Below are positions 9,977 through 20,382 of a DNA stretch of 64,000 nucleotides, one piece after another; positions within the stretch are counted from its first letter, which is position 1; every line of letters begins with the position of its first letter. The stretch is taken from assembly GCA_965214405.1 (NCBI GenBank), contig OZ243956.1, positions 1,440,001 through 1,504,000 on the forward strand, written 5' to 3'. The notes beneath the pieces are model-generated. The model saw only the letters and a list, made by a program, of their open reading frames with translations. It did no database searches and was not told where the DNA came from. The position numbers were made by a program, and so were the translations under genes. This stretch comes from Trueperaceae bacterium. GTDB lineage: Bacteria; Deinococcota; Deinococci; Deinococcales; Trueperaceae.

Positions 9977-10939
9977 TTACGTCCACCAAGCCTCCCCCGC
10001 GCTCTCTGTGAGAATGGCACCTTGCAACACCTCCACCGCCTTGCGTAAGCCCTCCTCGGGCGAGGCCAGCGCGTCTTCGTGCTCGATGGACACGGCCCCG
10101 TCGTAGCCCACCGTACGCAACGCCGAGATGATGTGCTTCCACTCGAGCGCGCCGTGCCCGTAACCGACCGACCGAAACATCCAGGCGCGTTTGGCGGTCT
10201 CACCATAAGGCGTCGTGTCGAGCACGCCCTTGATGGGCAAATTGACCGGGTCCAAATAGGTATCTTTGGCGTGAAAATGGTAGATGGTCTCACCGAGGTA
10301 GCGAATCGCCCGCACGATATCGACGCCCTGCCAGAAGAGGTGGCTCGGGTCGAAGTTGCAGCCTAAGTTGTTGCGGGTTTCGCCGCGCAGGTAGAGGATA
10401 TGTTCGGGGTTGTACACGACAAAACCGGGGTGCATCTCGAGCGCGACCCGAACCCCGTGGCTTTCGGCAAATTCGGCCTCGCGTTGCCAGTAAGGAATCA
10501 CCCGCTCGCGCCACTGCCACTCGAGCGAGTCCGCGTGGTCCGTCGGCCAGGCGCAGACGTGCCAGTTGGGAACTTTATCGTCTGGCCCACCGCCGGGGAG
10601 GCCCGAGAAGGTCACCACCGTGTCGACGCCGAGTTTTTGGGCGAGCTTGACCGTGTTCGTCCAGGCGTCGTGGTGGGCGTTCGCCACCTTCTTGTCGGGG
10701 TGCAGCGGGTTGCCGTGGCAGGACAGGGCCGAGAGGCTGAGCCCTCGAGCGTCGAACGCCTCCTTGAATGCTCTCAATTCTTTGTCATTCTCGAGCAGTT
10801 TTGCGGGGTCGGCGTGGCTGTTCCCCACATAACCCCCCGTCGCCACTTCGACCGTTTGCAGGCCCCAACCGACAAACTTGTCGAGCATGTCTTCCAGGGC
10901 TAAATTTCCGAACAGGGGGTCGAACGCGCCGAGCTTCAT
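9977..10939 (-). CDS. Xylose-isomerase-like TIM barrel sugar isomerase/dehydratase
   Basis: LSCHGNPLHP, LEMHPG, NFDPSHLFWQG, HFHAKD, SIEHED. Confidence 0.9.
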   Translation of the reverse strand: MKLGAFDPLFGNLALEDMLDKFVGWGLQTVEVATGGYVGNSHADPAKLLENDKELRAFKEAFDARGLSLSALSCHGNPLHPDKKVANAHHDAWTNTVKLAQKLGVDTVVTFSGLPGGGPDDKVPNWHVCAWPTDHADSLEWQWRERVIPYWQREAEFAESHGVRVALEMHPGFVVYNPEHILYLRGETRNNLGCNFDPSHLFWQGVDIVRAIRYLGETIYHFHAKDTYLDPVNLPIKGVLDTTPYGETAKRAWMFRSVGYGHGALEWKHIISALRTVGYDGAVSIEHEDALASPEEGLRKAVEVLQGAILTESAGEAWWT

Positions 10940-11011
10940 GGGTGTCCTCCAAGTAGATTGGCCTCGAGAGCCGTTGACTTATGACCGTTGAGTATTAGAA
11001 AAAGCCGACAG

Positions 11012-12031
11012 CTAAAGCTCGATAGCGACTTTTTCTCCCCTTTCCGAACTTTCCACGGCTCCATAAACCATTGCCAGACTCTTGATGTTGTCCGTGCAGA
11101 CCGTTTCGGGGGTAGTGCCGTTGTTAAGACTCTCGACGAAGCTCCGAATCACCGCCGCATGACGTTCCGGGCGCTCCCTTACTTCAGGGTAGTCGGGAAT
11201 GGGGACGGTTTTGTACTCGCGTAAAAAGCCGTTGCCGTCATCTGCAAGAGTTTCGCAGCGCATGTCCGCGTCGCCGTCCCACAGAATCGACCCTTTAGTG
11301 CCGATGATGCGCCACGCGCTTTCCCAAGGGGTGCGAAAGCCTTCCGCGCACCAACTGCCGCGGTAGCTGAACATCACGCCGCCGGTCATGCTGAATAGAG
11401 CGTGGGCGGCGGCGTCTTGGGCGTACCAGGAGCCTTTGGGGTTCCACTCCGCGGCGTAGACGCTTCTGGCGTCCTCCTCGGTCAAAAAGCGCGCCGCGTC
11501 GAAGGTGTGAATCGCCATGTCTTTGAGCAAGACGTGCGCCATCTCCTCCCGAAAGCCGCCGAAGTGCGCGCCGATGTAAAAATCCGCGTTGACGCCCGTG
11601 AGCGTGCCGATGGGTTTCGTATTCAAAAATCTTTTGAGCCGCCGGATGTTGTGGGTGTAGCGCCAGTTCTGCATGACGACGAAGAGCTTGTCCGCCTCCT
11701 GCGCCTTTTGAATCATGAGCCGTCCCTGCTCGAGCGTGTCCGCCATCGGCTTTTCCCCCAACACGTGACAGCCGTGCTCGAGCGCCGTCGTCACCACCCC
11801 GAAATGCGCAGCGGGAACCGTGCAGTCGAAGACGACGTCGGGCGCGGTCGGCATGAGCATCTCAGCTAAGTTCGTGCCCACACGCGCGTCGGGGGCGTAC
11901 TCCGCGCGGCGTTTTTCGGCGTTGGGCTCGAGCAAATCCACCAGGCCCACAAGCTCCAAGTCCGGGGTGTCCGCCACACCCTTGAACCACTCCCGGCTGA
12001 TGGCGCCACAGCCGACCAACACGGCTTTCAC
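11012..12031 (-). CDS. Gfo/Idh/MocA family oxidoreductase
   Basis: GCGAIS Rossmann motif, EKPMA, DMAIHTFD. Confidence 0.92.
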   Translation of the reverse strand: MKAVLVGCGAISREWFKGVADTPDLELVGLVDLLEPNAEKRRAEYAPDARVGTNLAEMLMPTAPDVVFDCTVPAAHFGVVTTALEHGCHVLGEKPMADTLEQGRLMIQKAQEADKLFVVMQNWRYTHNIRRLKRFLNTKPIGTLTGVNADFYIGAHFGGFREEMAHVLLKDMAIHTFDAARFLTEEDARSVYAAEWNPKGSWYAQDAAAHALFSMTGGVMFSYRGSWCAEGFRTPWESAWRIIGTKGSILWDGDADMRCETLADDGNGFLREYKTVPIPDYPEVRERPERHAAVIRSFVESLNNGTTPETVCTDNIKSLAMVYGAVESSERGEKVAIEL

Positions 12032-12062
12032 GAAAGGTACACCCTGATAAGTCTGAGCATCA

Positions 12063-12884
12063 TTACTTCACACCTCCTGCGGTTAGTCCGGACACCACGT
12101 AGCGCTGAGCGAAAAGGAAAATCACGAGGGGCGGCAGCATCGCCAAGGTCGAAAACGCCATGACCGCCGCCCAGTCGGTCACGTTCGAGCCAATAAAGGC
12201 CCACAACCCCGCCGTCACGGGCCGGTACTTGTCGCTGCTGGTCATCGTCAGCGCGAACACGAGGTCGTTCCAGCCGAAAAGAAACGTGAAGATAGCCGCG
12301 GTGGCGATGCCGGGCACCGCCAGCGGCAGCATCACCCGCACGAACGCGCCCCAGACGGTGCAGCCGTCTATCTTGGCGGCCTCGGTCAGTTGGGGCGGGA
12401 GCGACAAAAAGAAAGGCCGCAGCACCACCAGCGCGAAAGGCAGCGCCAGCGCGGTGTTGCCGATAATGAGCCCCGTGTACGAGTCGAGCAGCCCCAAGCG
12501 GCTAAAAATCACAAAAAGCGGCGTCGCCAGCATGATGACCGGGAACATTAGGGAGCTCAAGCTGATAAGAATAAACGCCCACTTCCCCCGGATGGGCAGG
12601 TGCGCCAGCCCGTAAGCCGCGGGCGTCGCCAGCACGAGGGTGAGGAGCGTCGTCCCGACGCCGACGATAAGGGAGTTTAAGAAGTAGCGCGGGATGGCCG
12701 GGTTGTTAAAAATACGCGCGTTCCAGGCGGCGAGGTCGATACTCGAGGGCACAAACGCGGGCGGGTTGGCGAAAATCTCAGTCTGCGGTTTGACCGACGT
12801 GACCGCCATCCAGTAAATAGGGAACAAAAAAAGGGCGAGAAAGAGAACGCTGAGAATCGTTGAGACGTATCCGCGGCGCTTCAC
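12063..12884 (-). CDS. Carbohydrate ABC transporter permease (MalG type)
   Basis: EAAKIDG loop, six TM segments. Confidence 0.95.
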   Translation of the reverse strand: MKRRGYVSTILSVLFLALFLFPIYWMAVTSVKPQTEIFANPPAFVPSSIDLAAWNARIFNNPAIPRYFLNSLIVGVGTTLLTLVLATPAAYGLAHLPIRGKWAFILISLSSLMFPVIMLATPLFVIFSRLGLLDSYTGLIIGNTALALPFALVVLRPFFLSLPPQLTEAAKIDGCTVWGAFVRVMLPLAVPGIATAAIFTFLFGWNDLVFALTMTSSDKYRPVTAGLWAFIGSNVTDWAAVMAFSTLAMLPPLVIFLFAQRYVVSGLTAGGVK

Positions 12885-13822
12885 CCGTTCGCCTCCTCAT
12901 AGCGCAAGTTCCACAAATAAAGGAGCGACACGACGAACAGCACCGCGAAGAGCGTGTTTAGAATCGCCGCGCCGGTCCCGAACAAAAACTGGTTAAAAAT
13001 CTGCTGGAAGGCGAGCGTCGAGATGACGTGCGTCGCGTTGAAGGGTCCCCCCTGCGTCGTAACCCAGATAACGTCAAAAACCTTGAAGGTGTAAATCAGC
13101 CCGAGGAGCAGCGTGGCGACCAGCGCCGGGCGCAAGAGCGGCAGCGTTACGCTCCTAAACTTGGCCCAGCCCGACGCGCCGTCAATCTCCGCCGCCTCGT
13201 AAAGCTCTTCGGGGATGCCCTGAAGACCTGCCAGGAGCAAGGCCATATTAAAAGGAATCCCGAGCCAGATGTTAATCACAATCACCGCGGGTAGCGCAAA
13301 GTTTAGGTCGGCCAGCCAGTAGATGTTTTGTTCGATGAGTCCCAGCGTCTCGAGGAGCCAGTTAATCACCCCGACCTGCCCGTCAAAAAGCCAGCGAAAC
13401 ACGATGCCCACCACCACCACGGGAATCGTCCAGGCGATGAGGTAGAGCCCGCGCATCGACCTGCTCCCCGGAAAGGGCCGGTTGTAGAATACGGCGAGCG
13501 CCAGCCCTATGCCAAGCTGAAACACGACGGAAAAGAGCGTGAAAAGGAGCGTTTGCCGCACCGCTTGGAGGTAGAGCGGAGTGCTAAAGATCGCCCGGTA
13601 GTTTTCCCACCCCACCCAGGGCGCGTCGCCGCGGAGCAAGTTGACGGCCCTAAGGTCCTGGAAAGAAATCCGAAAGTTAAAGGCGATGGGGTAGGCGATG
13701 AAAAGAACTAAGAAGAGCGTGGCGGGCAGCATAAACGAGTAGTTCACGAGCGAACGCCGGAGCCCCGCCCACCTTGCTGGCGAGCGGGACGCAGGCGCAT
13801 GGGTTAGCTTACGCGTGCTCAT
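12881..13822 (-). CDS. Carbohydrate ABC transporter permease (MalF type)
   Basis: LQGIPEELYEAAEIDGAS motif. Confidence 0.95.
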   Translation of the reverse strand: MSTRKLTHAPASRSPARWAGLRRSLVNYSFMLPATLFLVLFIAYPIAFNFRISFQDLRAVNLLRGDAPWVGWENYRAIFSTPLYLQAVRQTLLFTLFSVVFQLGIGLALAVFYNRPFPGSRSMRGLYLIAWTIPVVVVGIVFRWLFDGQVGVINWLLETLGLIEQNIYWLADLNFALPAVIVINIWLGIPFNMALLLAGLQGIPEELYEAAEIDGASGWAKFRSVTLPLLRPALVATLLLGLIYTFKVFDVIWVTTQGGPFNATHVISTLAFQQIFNQFLFGTGAAILNTLFAVLFVVSLLYLWNLRYEEANG

Positions 13823-13900
13823 CTATGGTGCCCCCTGGGGGCGGGACAAGCCCCGCCCGCGAAGCTCCTCCAATAATTGCTCTGACTACTCCGACAACCA

Positions 13901-15124
13901 CTACTCCGACAACAAGGGTGCTATCACAGCTGCGGCGTCCGCCGCCGCCTGCTCGGGCGTCCGGCCCCCGACGAGGACGCTCTGCACCATGTTCATGACT
14001 TCTTGCGACATTTGCGGGTAGTTGGGGCCGTAGGCTCGAGGCTTGGCAACCGACACGGCCTCGACAAACTTGGCAATCATCGGGTCAGACGTAAAAATCT
14101 CGGCGTCGGAGAGGTCTGATCGGTTGGTGATAAAGCCCGAGGTCTCGTACATTTTGAGAAGATTCTCGGGCTGCGTCGCCCACTCAATCACGTCCCAGGC
14201 GGCGTCCATGTTGGCTCCTGTGCCAATCGCAAAGTTTTGCCCGCCCAAGATGGACGTGGGCGCGCCGTTGTTGGGCCAAGGCGCGACGTCCCAGGAGAAG
14301 TCGGGGTTGGCCGCGCGGATGCCGGGGAGCTGCCAGGGGCCGTTGATCATCATGGCGCATTTGCCCGCCAAAAACTGGTTGTTGGCGTCGCCCTGGCTCC
14401 ACTGAAGGGCCGCTCGAGGGATGCTGTTGTCTTCATTCATCATGGCGTTGAGCAGCGTGAGCGCTTCCGTATTGGCCTCGCCGCCGACGTTTTGCAGGTC
14501 GCCGCCGTTGCCCCACAGGAAGGGCAAGTAGGTAAACGTTCCCTCTTCGGTCGCAACCAGCGAGAGGCAAAAGCCCGCCTGGTCTCCCTGAGTAAGCGCG
14601 GCGGCCATCTCGCGTAGTTCATCCCAGGTGGCGGGTGGTGTGTCGAACCCGGCTCCTGCCAACAGGTCGGCGTTGTAGTAGAGCGCGGTGGCGTTACTGT
14701 CGAAGGGCACGCCGTAGTTCGCGCCCTGGTAGAGGGTCGAGGCCCAGGGGCCGTCGAAATAAGCGTCTTTGTACTCCCAATCCGCCACGTAGGCGCTGAT
14801 GTCGGCCAGCGCCCCCTGCGCCGCCAGCGACTGGTTGTCGGGGTTGTCGACGATTAAGATGTCGGGCAACGTCCCCGTCGCCGCGCCCTGAATGATGCGC
14901 GCCTTGAGGTCGCCGAAGCCGATGGGCGTGCGCTCGATTTTTACGTCCGGGTGCGCGGCCTCGTAGTCGGCGATCATGTCCGCGACCGCCTGGTTCAAGT
15001 TGTCGGTACTAAAGTAGTCCCACCAGGTGAGCGTCGTTTGTTGCGCGCTAACGCCTCCCAGCATGAAAAACGTCAAGAGTAAAATGATAAAGCCCGGTGT
15101 TTTCGCAGTTGTTTTCATGCTCAT
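13901..15124 (-). CDS. Sugar ABC transporter substrate-binding protein (family 1)
   Basis: Signal peptide, YGVPF...LYYN, PPATWDEL, MMINGPW. Confidence 0.93.
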   Translation of the reverse strand: MSMKTTAKTPGFIILLLTFFMLGGVSAQQTTLTWWDYFSTDNLNQAVADMIADYEAAHPDVKIERTPIGFGDLKARIIQGAATGTLPDILIVDNPDNQSLAAQGALADISAYVADWEYKDAYFDGPWASTLYQGANYGVPFDSNATALYYNADLLAGAGFDTPPATWDELREMAAALTQGDQAGFCLSLVATEEGTFTYLPFLWGNGGDLQNVGGEANTEALTLLNAMMNEDNSIPRAALQWSQGDANNQFLAGKCAMMINGPWQLPGIRAANPDFSWDVAPWPNNGAPTSILGGQNFAIGTGANMDAAWDVIEWATQPENLLKMYETSGFITNRSDLSDAEIFTSDPMIAKFVEAVSVAKPRAYGPNYPQMSQEVMNMVQSVLVGGRTPEQAAADAAAVIAPLLSE

Positions 15125-15368
15125 CTCCCTCTAATGGGTTTCCTTTAATGCGTTTATATTCAGCTATGTTCAGCCAACCTCTACTTAAACCTCCAATAAA
15201 CCTCCCCAGCGTGACGTTGAGGTCGTAAAGGAAAACGGTACCGATTCAACCGTCGATTTAACCGAATGTGGCTCGAGCCCCTTCACCTCGCTCTGCTCCA
15301 GTCCTCTCAAAACTTTTTGTAACGGGCTCACCCCAGTGATTTTGACGAGACGCGTGACGCGCTTGTCG

Positions 15369-15382
15369 CCGAACCGTTTCAG
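15369..15382. promoter_or_regulatory. Candidate LacI-family operator
   Basis: CCGAACCGTTTCAG resembles TGAAACGTTTCA-type sites; a second CG-rich palindrome AAACGGTACCGATT lies at 15233-15246. Confidence 0.4.
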
Positions 15383-15494
15383 TGGTAACTTGAGCGAGTA
15401 TAAAGTCACATTGGCGCGCATGTCAATTCATTTGCGAATTCTTTGTGGAGGCGTCTCGAGTGGCGACGGTAACATGACAATAATAAAAGCAACG

Positions 15495-15572
15495 ATGAAA
15501 GCAACGACGGAAGACGTGGCAAAACGCGCGGGCGTCTCACTCGGTACCGCCTCCTCCACCCTGAGGCGCTAA
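15495..15572 (+). pseudogene. Truncated LacI-family regulator (HTH start only)
   Basis: MKATTEDVAKRAGVSLGTASSTLRR* matches the LacI HTH signature and stops after 25 codons. Confidence 0.8.
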
Positions 15573-15575
15573 CAC

Positions 15576-16757
15576 GTGCTGGCGCGTCTTTACACCTTTC
15601 ACACGAGGATTCGTAGCGGCTCACCCGTGCGGCGCGGGGCGCTCTTCTACGCGCTCTTTTGGGGCGCGGCGGGGGTTTATGACCCCTTTTTGAGCGTCTA
15701 CTTTTCACGTTTGGGATTGGCAGGGCGCGACATCGGGCTGCTGATGGCGCTCGCGCCCTTGGCAACGCTGCTCATGTCGCCGCTCGTGTCTTTTGTGGCG
15801 GATAGGGCGCGCTCGAGGGTGAAGCTCCTGAGTTTATGCCTCCTCGCAACTATTCCTGCGTTTATCGGTCTGTTCCTGGCCCATGATTTTAGAGGCGCGC
15901 TCGTCGGGATGGCGCTCTTTGCCCTTTTTCGAGGCCCCGTCGAGCCGCTGGCCGACTCCCTCGTCGCGCGCATGGCGGTCACCCACCGCTTCGCCTACGG
16001 GCGCGTACGCCTCTGGGGGTCGCTGAGTTTCGCGTCCGTCGCGCTTCTTTTTGGCTTTCTGTGGGAACGTCTCGGCTACGGCCCGATGCTGCTCGTCGCC
16101 GCACTCTTCGCCCTCCCCGCCGCGCTGGCCGCCCTCCTGCTCACCGAACAAGCCGAGAAGGCCGAAGCGCGCCAACCCCTCCAGAAGCTCCTGCGCGACC
16201 CCGTCATCGTCACCCTAACCCTCTGTTCGTTTCTGGCGGGCGGCGCGCTGGTCATGAACGAAACCTTTGCGGGCGTTTATATGGATGAACTGGGCGGCGG
16301 CGCGTTTCTAGTCGGTGCTATCTTCGCTGTAACCGCCCTGGCCGAACTGCCCACGATGCACTACGCCGACGCGCTGGTGGCGCGCTTCTCAGGGCCTAAA
16401 GCGCTCGCCGCGGCCTACGCGCTCATGGGGCTGTCTTTTTTGGGATACGCCTTCATTCGCACCCCCGCCTGGCTCCTCAGCTTGAGCGTCTTGAAGGGCC
16501 TCGGCTTCGGCCTCTTTTTCGTGGCGACGGTGCGCACCGTAGACGCGCGCACGCCGCCGGAGTGGTCGGCAACCGCGCTGAGCGTGGTGTTCGGCGTGGC
16601 GACGCTGGGATTAGCGCGGCTCTTGGGCTCGGGGCTGGCTGGATTCTTGTACGACCTGTCGCCGCAGGTTCTCTTTTTGAGTTGTACCTTTCTCACCTTT
16701 GCCGCGGTGGGCATTTTGCTGGGGGCGCGGGTGGTTTTTGCGCCGCTAAAGAATTGA
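15576..16757 (+). CDS. MFS transporter (MFS_1-like)
   Basis: About 12 TM helices, YGRVRLWGSLSF motif. Confidence 0.9.
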   Translation: MLARLYTFHTRIRSGSPVRRGALFYALFWGAAGVYDPFLSVYFSRLGLAGRDIGLLMALAPLATLLMSPLVSFVADRARSRVKLLSLCLLATIPAFIGLFLAHDFRGALVGMALFALFRGPVEPLADSLVARMAVTHRFAYGRVRLWGSLSFASVALLFGFLWERLGYGPMLLVAALFALPAALAALLLTEQAEKAEARQPLQKLLRDPVIVTLTLCSFLAGGALVMNETFAGVYMDELGGGAFLVGAIFAVTALAELPTMHYADALVARFSGPKALAAAYALMGLSFLGYAFIRTPAWLLSLSVLKGLGFGLFFVATVRTVDARTPPEWSATALSVVFGVATLGLARLLGSGLAGFLYDLSPQVLFLSCTFLTFAAVGILLGARVVFAPLKN

Positions 16758-17112
16758 GCTTGGCTTCTACCCCTTAAAAGTGGGAAGGGTTAGCTGGGTA
16801 AATATATCATTAAGGTTTGTGCAACAGTTGCGCGCAACCGCCGCACAAGGCTGTAGCATCGTTCAGTTCAAGTCTGCCGGTAGTGGCCCGTTTACCCTCC
16901 GCCGCCATGCTCACCGTCTTATCTAGCCGCTTCCGCCGCGTCGCGTCACTCTTTGCGCTCTTAAGCCACCACAGGATGTTCTTTTTGGAGGAGTCAGGAA
17001 AGGCGTCGAAGTTTTCTTTGGCCTTTTTGTTCTTACCGAGCGCCGCTTGCAGGTCGTCCGGCACCTCGAGCCGTTCCACACTGTCGTAAACCGTCCAGGC
17101 TACACTCACTTA

Positions 17113-17969
17113 GAGCCTGTCTGAGAAAAGGCCTATCAGCTAAGTTGTAGGTCAAGATAGGTTTGTGAAGAACTATCAGATATACCCAACAGACCTAACT
17201 GATAAGCAGTGGCAGTGTGTCAAAGAACTCATACCCGCAAGAAAGCGAAGGGGACGCCCGAGAGAACTGGATATACGCTTGGTCGTCAACGCTATTATTT
17301 ACGTTGTTGTAAGCGGGATTCAGTGGCGCATGTTGCCGCAGGACTACCCTAAGTGGAAGTCGGTGTACCACTACTTCCGACAATGGCGGGACACAAAGGT
17401 GTGGCAGAGAATACATGAGCGCTTGCGAGCGAAAGTGCGTCAGCAAGCAGGACGACATAAACACGCAACAGCAGGCTGTCTGGATTCCCAAAGCGTAAAA
17501 ACAACAGAACGTTCATCTGAACGCGGCTTTGACGCAGGCAAGCTTGTCAAAGGCAGAAAGCGACACGTTTTAGTCGATACGATGGGTTTGATCCTGGCTG
17601 TGGTGGTGACATCGGCAAACATACAAGATCGTGATGGTGCTCGCTTAGTTCTGGCTCAGTTGAGTGGAGCTTGTAAAAAGCTGCGCCTCATCTGGGTTGA
17701 CGGCAGTTACCGCGGGAAGCTGCTTGATTGGGTGCTTGGTACGTTTCGTTTTAGGTTACAGCCTGTACTACGCCCCAACGGTCACAAAGGCTTTGTACTT
17801 TTACCTCGCCGCTGGGTCGTCGAGAGAACCTTTGCCTGGTTGGGCCGCTGTCGTCGCTTGAGTAAAGACTATGAAGGTTTAGCTGCCAGCTCTGAAGCCT
17901 TTATCCACATTGCCATGATTCGCATCATGCTCAGGAGGCTGGCCTAAACCCTAATTCTCAGACAGGTTC
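17113..17969 (+). mobile_element. IS5-family insertion sequence (IS1031-like), 857 bp
   Basis: 15-bp terminal inverted repeats GAGCCTGTCTGAGAA (17113-17127) and TTCTCAGACAGGTTC (17955-17969) with one mismatch; TTA duplication at 17110-17112 and 17970-17972; lower GC. Confidence 0.93.
17165..17947 (+). CDS. IS5-family DDE transposase
   Basis: [37 protein letters not shown]. Confidence 0.96.
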   Translation: MKNYQIYPTDLTDKQWQCVKELIPARKRRGRPRELDIRLVVNAIIYVVVSGIQWRMLPQDYPKWKSVYHYFRQWRDTKVWQRIHERLRAKVRQQAGRHKHATAGCLDSQSVKTTERSSERGFDAGKLVKGRKRHVLVDTMGLILAVVVTSANIQDRDGARLVLAQLSGACKKLRLIWVDGSYRGKLLDWVLGTFRFRLQPVLRPNGHKGFVLLPRRWVVERTFAWLGRCRRLSKDYEGLAASSEAFIHIAMIRIMLRRLA

Positions 17970-18319
17970 TTAGACTTCTCGATGACGGCCAGCCCCGCCT
18001 CGGCCATCAAGCCCTTTTTCTCCAGCGCCTCAACGTAGGTTTTGTTCAGTTTCGACCAAGGGGCTTTGAGGTCCCGCGGTGAAAAGTGCCGCTCGAAACG
18101 CTCATCATCAAGCTTGTTGGGCCGACTGTCTATCCAGCCGAAGCAGAGCGCTTCTTTGACGCTGTCTTCGTAGCTGACAACGGGCTTGCCTGTGTCTTTC
18201 TTGTAATACACGAGCCGAACGCCGTCTGAAGTGCCTTGATTCTTCTCTAGCCAGTTACGCCACTCGGCGCGCGTTTTGGGGTGGACGCGAGTCCTCTTTG
18301 GCTCTGCCATGCTTACAAA

Positions 18320-19039
18320 CTACCAGGGCAGCGGCTCACCGTCGCGGTAAAAGCCGCCGGTAGGTCCGTCTTTGTCCAGGGTCGCCGCCCACACCACACT
18401 CAAAGCACCCTCAAGCACCGGCCGCGCGCCCATCTCTTCCATGCCGGGTGCGGTCGCGGTTAAGCCGGGGTCTACCGAGTTCACCAAGATACCCGCCTCT
18501 TTGAGTTCAACGGCGAACTTCACGGTAAGCGCGTTGAGGGCGGCTTTGGAGACGCCGTAGCTGGCGGTGGTCGGACTCGTAGCAAGCCCAAACTGAGCTT
18601 CCCCGTGCGAGCCCGCGCCGCTGGCGACGTTCACGATGCGCGCGTGGTCACTCTTCTTAAGAAGCGGCAAGAACGCCTGAACCGTACGCCAAGGGCCGAA
18701 GAGGTTGGTGTCCATCACGTCTCGTGAGTGTTCCAAGTCCGCGCCGCTCGCCGTTTCCGACCAGTCCGCGTAGGCAGCGGCATTGTTAATCAAAACATCG
18801 AGCTTGCCTTGCTCACTTTCCACTTTGTCAGCCGCTTCTTTCACGCTCTTCATGTCAGCAACGTCGAGTTGAAGAAACCCGACCTCGAGCCCCTCATCAG
18901 CAAGCTCTTGAGCCGCCGCCCGTCCTTTGTCCTCGCCTCGAGCGGTGAGGATGACCGCCATACCTTGTTCGGCGAGTTGACGGACAACTTCAAGTCCGAT
19001 ACCGTGGCTTGCACCCGTTACTAAGGCAATGTCAGACAT
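18320..19039 (-). CDS. Short-chain dehydrogenase/reductase (carbonyl reductase-like)
   Basis: TGASHGIG, NNAA, YGVSK. Confidence 0.93.
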   Translation of the reverse strand: MSDIALVTGASHGIGLEVVRQLAEQGMAVILTARGEDKGRAAAQELADEGLEVGFLQLDVADMKSVKEAADKVESEQGKLDVLINNAAAYADWSETASGADLEHSRDVMDTNLFGPWRTVQAFLPLLKKSDHARIVNVASGAGSHGEAQFGLATSPTTASYGVSKAALNALTVKFAVELKEAGILVNSVDPGLTATAPGMEEMGARPVLEGALSVVWAATLDKDGPTGGFYRDGEPLPW

Positions 19040-19090
19040 GTCGTGTTCCTTTCAAGATGAAATGTAAAGTTTTTCTAAGGGGATGCGGGA

Positions 19091-20317
19091 TTAAGGCTGT
19101 AGCGACGCAAAGAATGCCCGCATGTCCGCTGCAACGAGTTCAGGCTCTTCCCACTCGAGGAAATGCCCGCCTACGCTAATCGGTGTCCAGTGGACGACGT
19201 TGTAGGAGCGCTCGGCCCACTCACGGGGTGTCGGGAACATGTCCTTGTCGGTCATGAGCATTCCGGTGGGCACTTCAACCCGCCCGAACTGTCCGGGGTC
19301 TCGAGCCGTCTCGTAATAAAGGCGCATGGACGAGTTGATAGTTTGAGTTGCCCAGTGGATGGTTAGATTGGTCAGCAATTCGTCTTTGGTAAACGCGCTT
19401 TCTAAATCTCCATCGTTGTCGCTCCAGGCGCGAAACTTCTCAATCATCCATGCGGCGAGTCCCGCGGGAGAGTCGTTTAGACCGTAGGCCAAGGTCTGCG
19501 GGTATGAACTTTGCTCCATCGCATATGCCATCTCCTGCCCATACCAGGCTTGTGCGTTCTGGACGAATGTTTGCTCGGCTTCGGTCAAGTCGTCGGGCAC
19601 CTGCGCCACATAAGGATTTGTGCCTGAGAGGTGGACACCGATCATCTCGTCGGGGTAGCGCAGCGCCATTTGCTGGATGACCCCCGCGCCCAAGTCACTG
19701 CCGCGCACGGCGTAACGCTCGTAGCCCAAGGTCTCGGTCATAAGTTTGTGGAACAGGTCAGCCATCTTAGCTACGCTCATGCCAGGTTCATTAGGAATCT
19801 CCGAGAACCCGTAACCCACGAGCGAGGGCACCACCACGTCGAAGGATAAACCGCCTTCATCAGGCGTCGTGAGCAGCGGGATGAGGTCGAGCATCTGCAC
19901 GAACGAACTCGGCCAGCCGTGCAGGACGAGGACGGGCAGCGCATTCTCACCCTCACCGAGTTCATGGATGAAGTGGATGTTCGTTCCGTCGACGTCGGCC
20001 ATAAAGTTATTAAAGCTGTTGATACGCGCTTCCTGAGCACGCCAATCGAAGCCATCCTGCCAGTACGAAACAAGTTCTTGAAGGTAGTCTAAATTTGTGC
20101 CATAAGCCCAACCTGCGCCTTCAACCTCATCGGGCCAGCGGGTCTCGGCCAGGCGTTGGTGAAGGTCGCTCAATGTCTCATCGGAGATGTTGACTGCGAA
20201 GGGCTGAGCCGTACCGCCTTGCGCTTTTACAAAAGCTGTCCCGCCGAGGAGTAGGGTTGCTAACACGACTCCCAAAATACTGAAGCACTTGCGTGCTAAC
20301 CTGCTTGAAGCACTCAT
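19091..20317 (-). CDS. Epoxide hydrolase (microsomal EH type) with predicted signal peptide
   Basis: EH N-terminal domain (DWRAQE), HGWP, GSDLG nucleophile, GGHF; basic plus hydrophobic N-terminus ending VKA. Confidence 0.92.
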   Translation of the reverse strand: MSASSRLARKCFSILGVVLATLLLGGTAFVKAQGGTAQPFAVNISDETLSDLHQRLAETRWPDEVEGAGWAYGTNLDYLQELVSYWQDGFDWRAQEARINSFNNFMADVDGTNIHFIHELGEGENALPVLVLHGWPSSFVQMLDLIPLLTTPDEGGLSFDVVVPSLVGYGFSEIPNEPGMSVAKMADLFHKLMTETLGYERYAVRGSDLGAGVIQQMALRYPDEMIGVHLSGTNPYVAQVPDDLTEAEQTFVQNAQAWYGQEMAYAMEQSSYPQTLAYGLNDSPAGLAAWMIEKFRAWSDNDGDLESAFTKDELLTNLTIHWATQTINSSMRLYYETARDPGQFGRVEVPTGMLMTDKDMFPTPREWAERSYNVVHWTPISVGGHFLEWEEPELVAADMRAFFASLQP

Positions 20318-20382
20318 TATTGTCCTCCTGAAAAGTGTCGTTGGCTTGTAGTTGCGCTGCGAACAGCTTGACCCTTTCTCCT

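Larger units (their letters stand above)
16810..18310 (-). pseudogene. YdeI/OmpD-associated family gene split by an IS5-family element
   Basis: 5' part has EWRNWLEKN and EALCFGWIDS; 3' part has EVPDDLQAAL and WWLKSAKSDATRRKRL; the IS lies between them. Confidence 0.88.
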
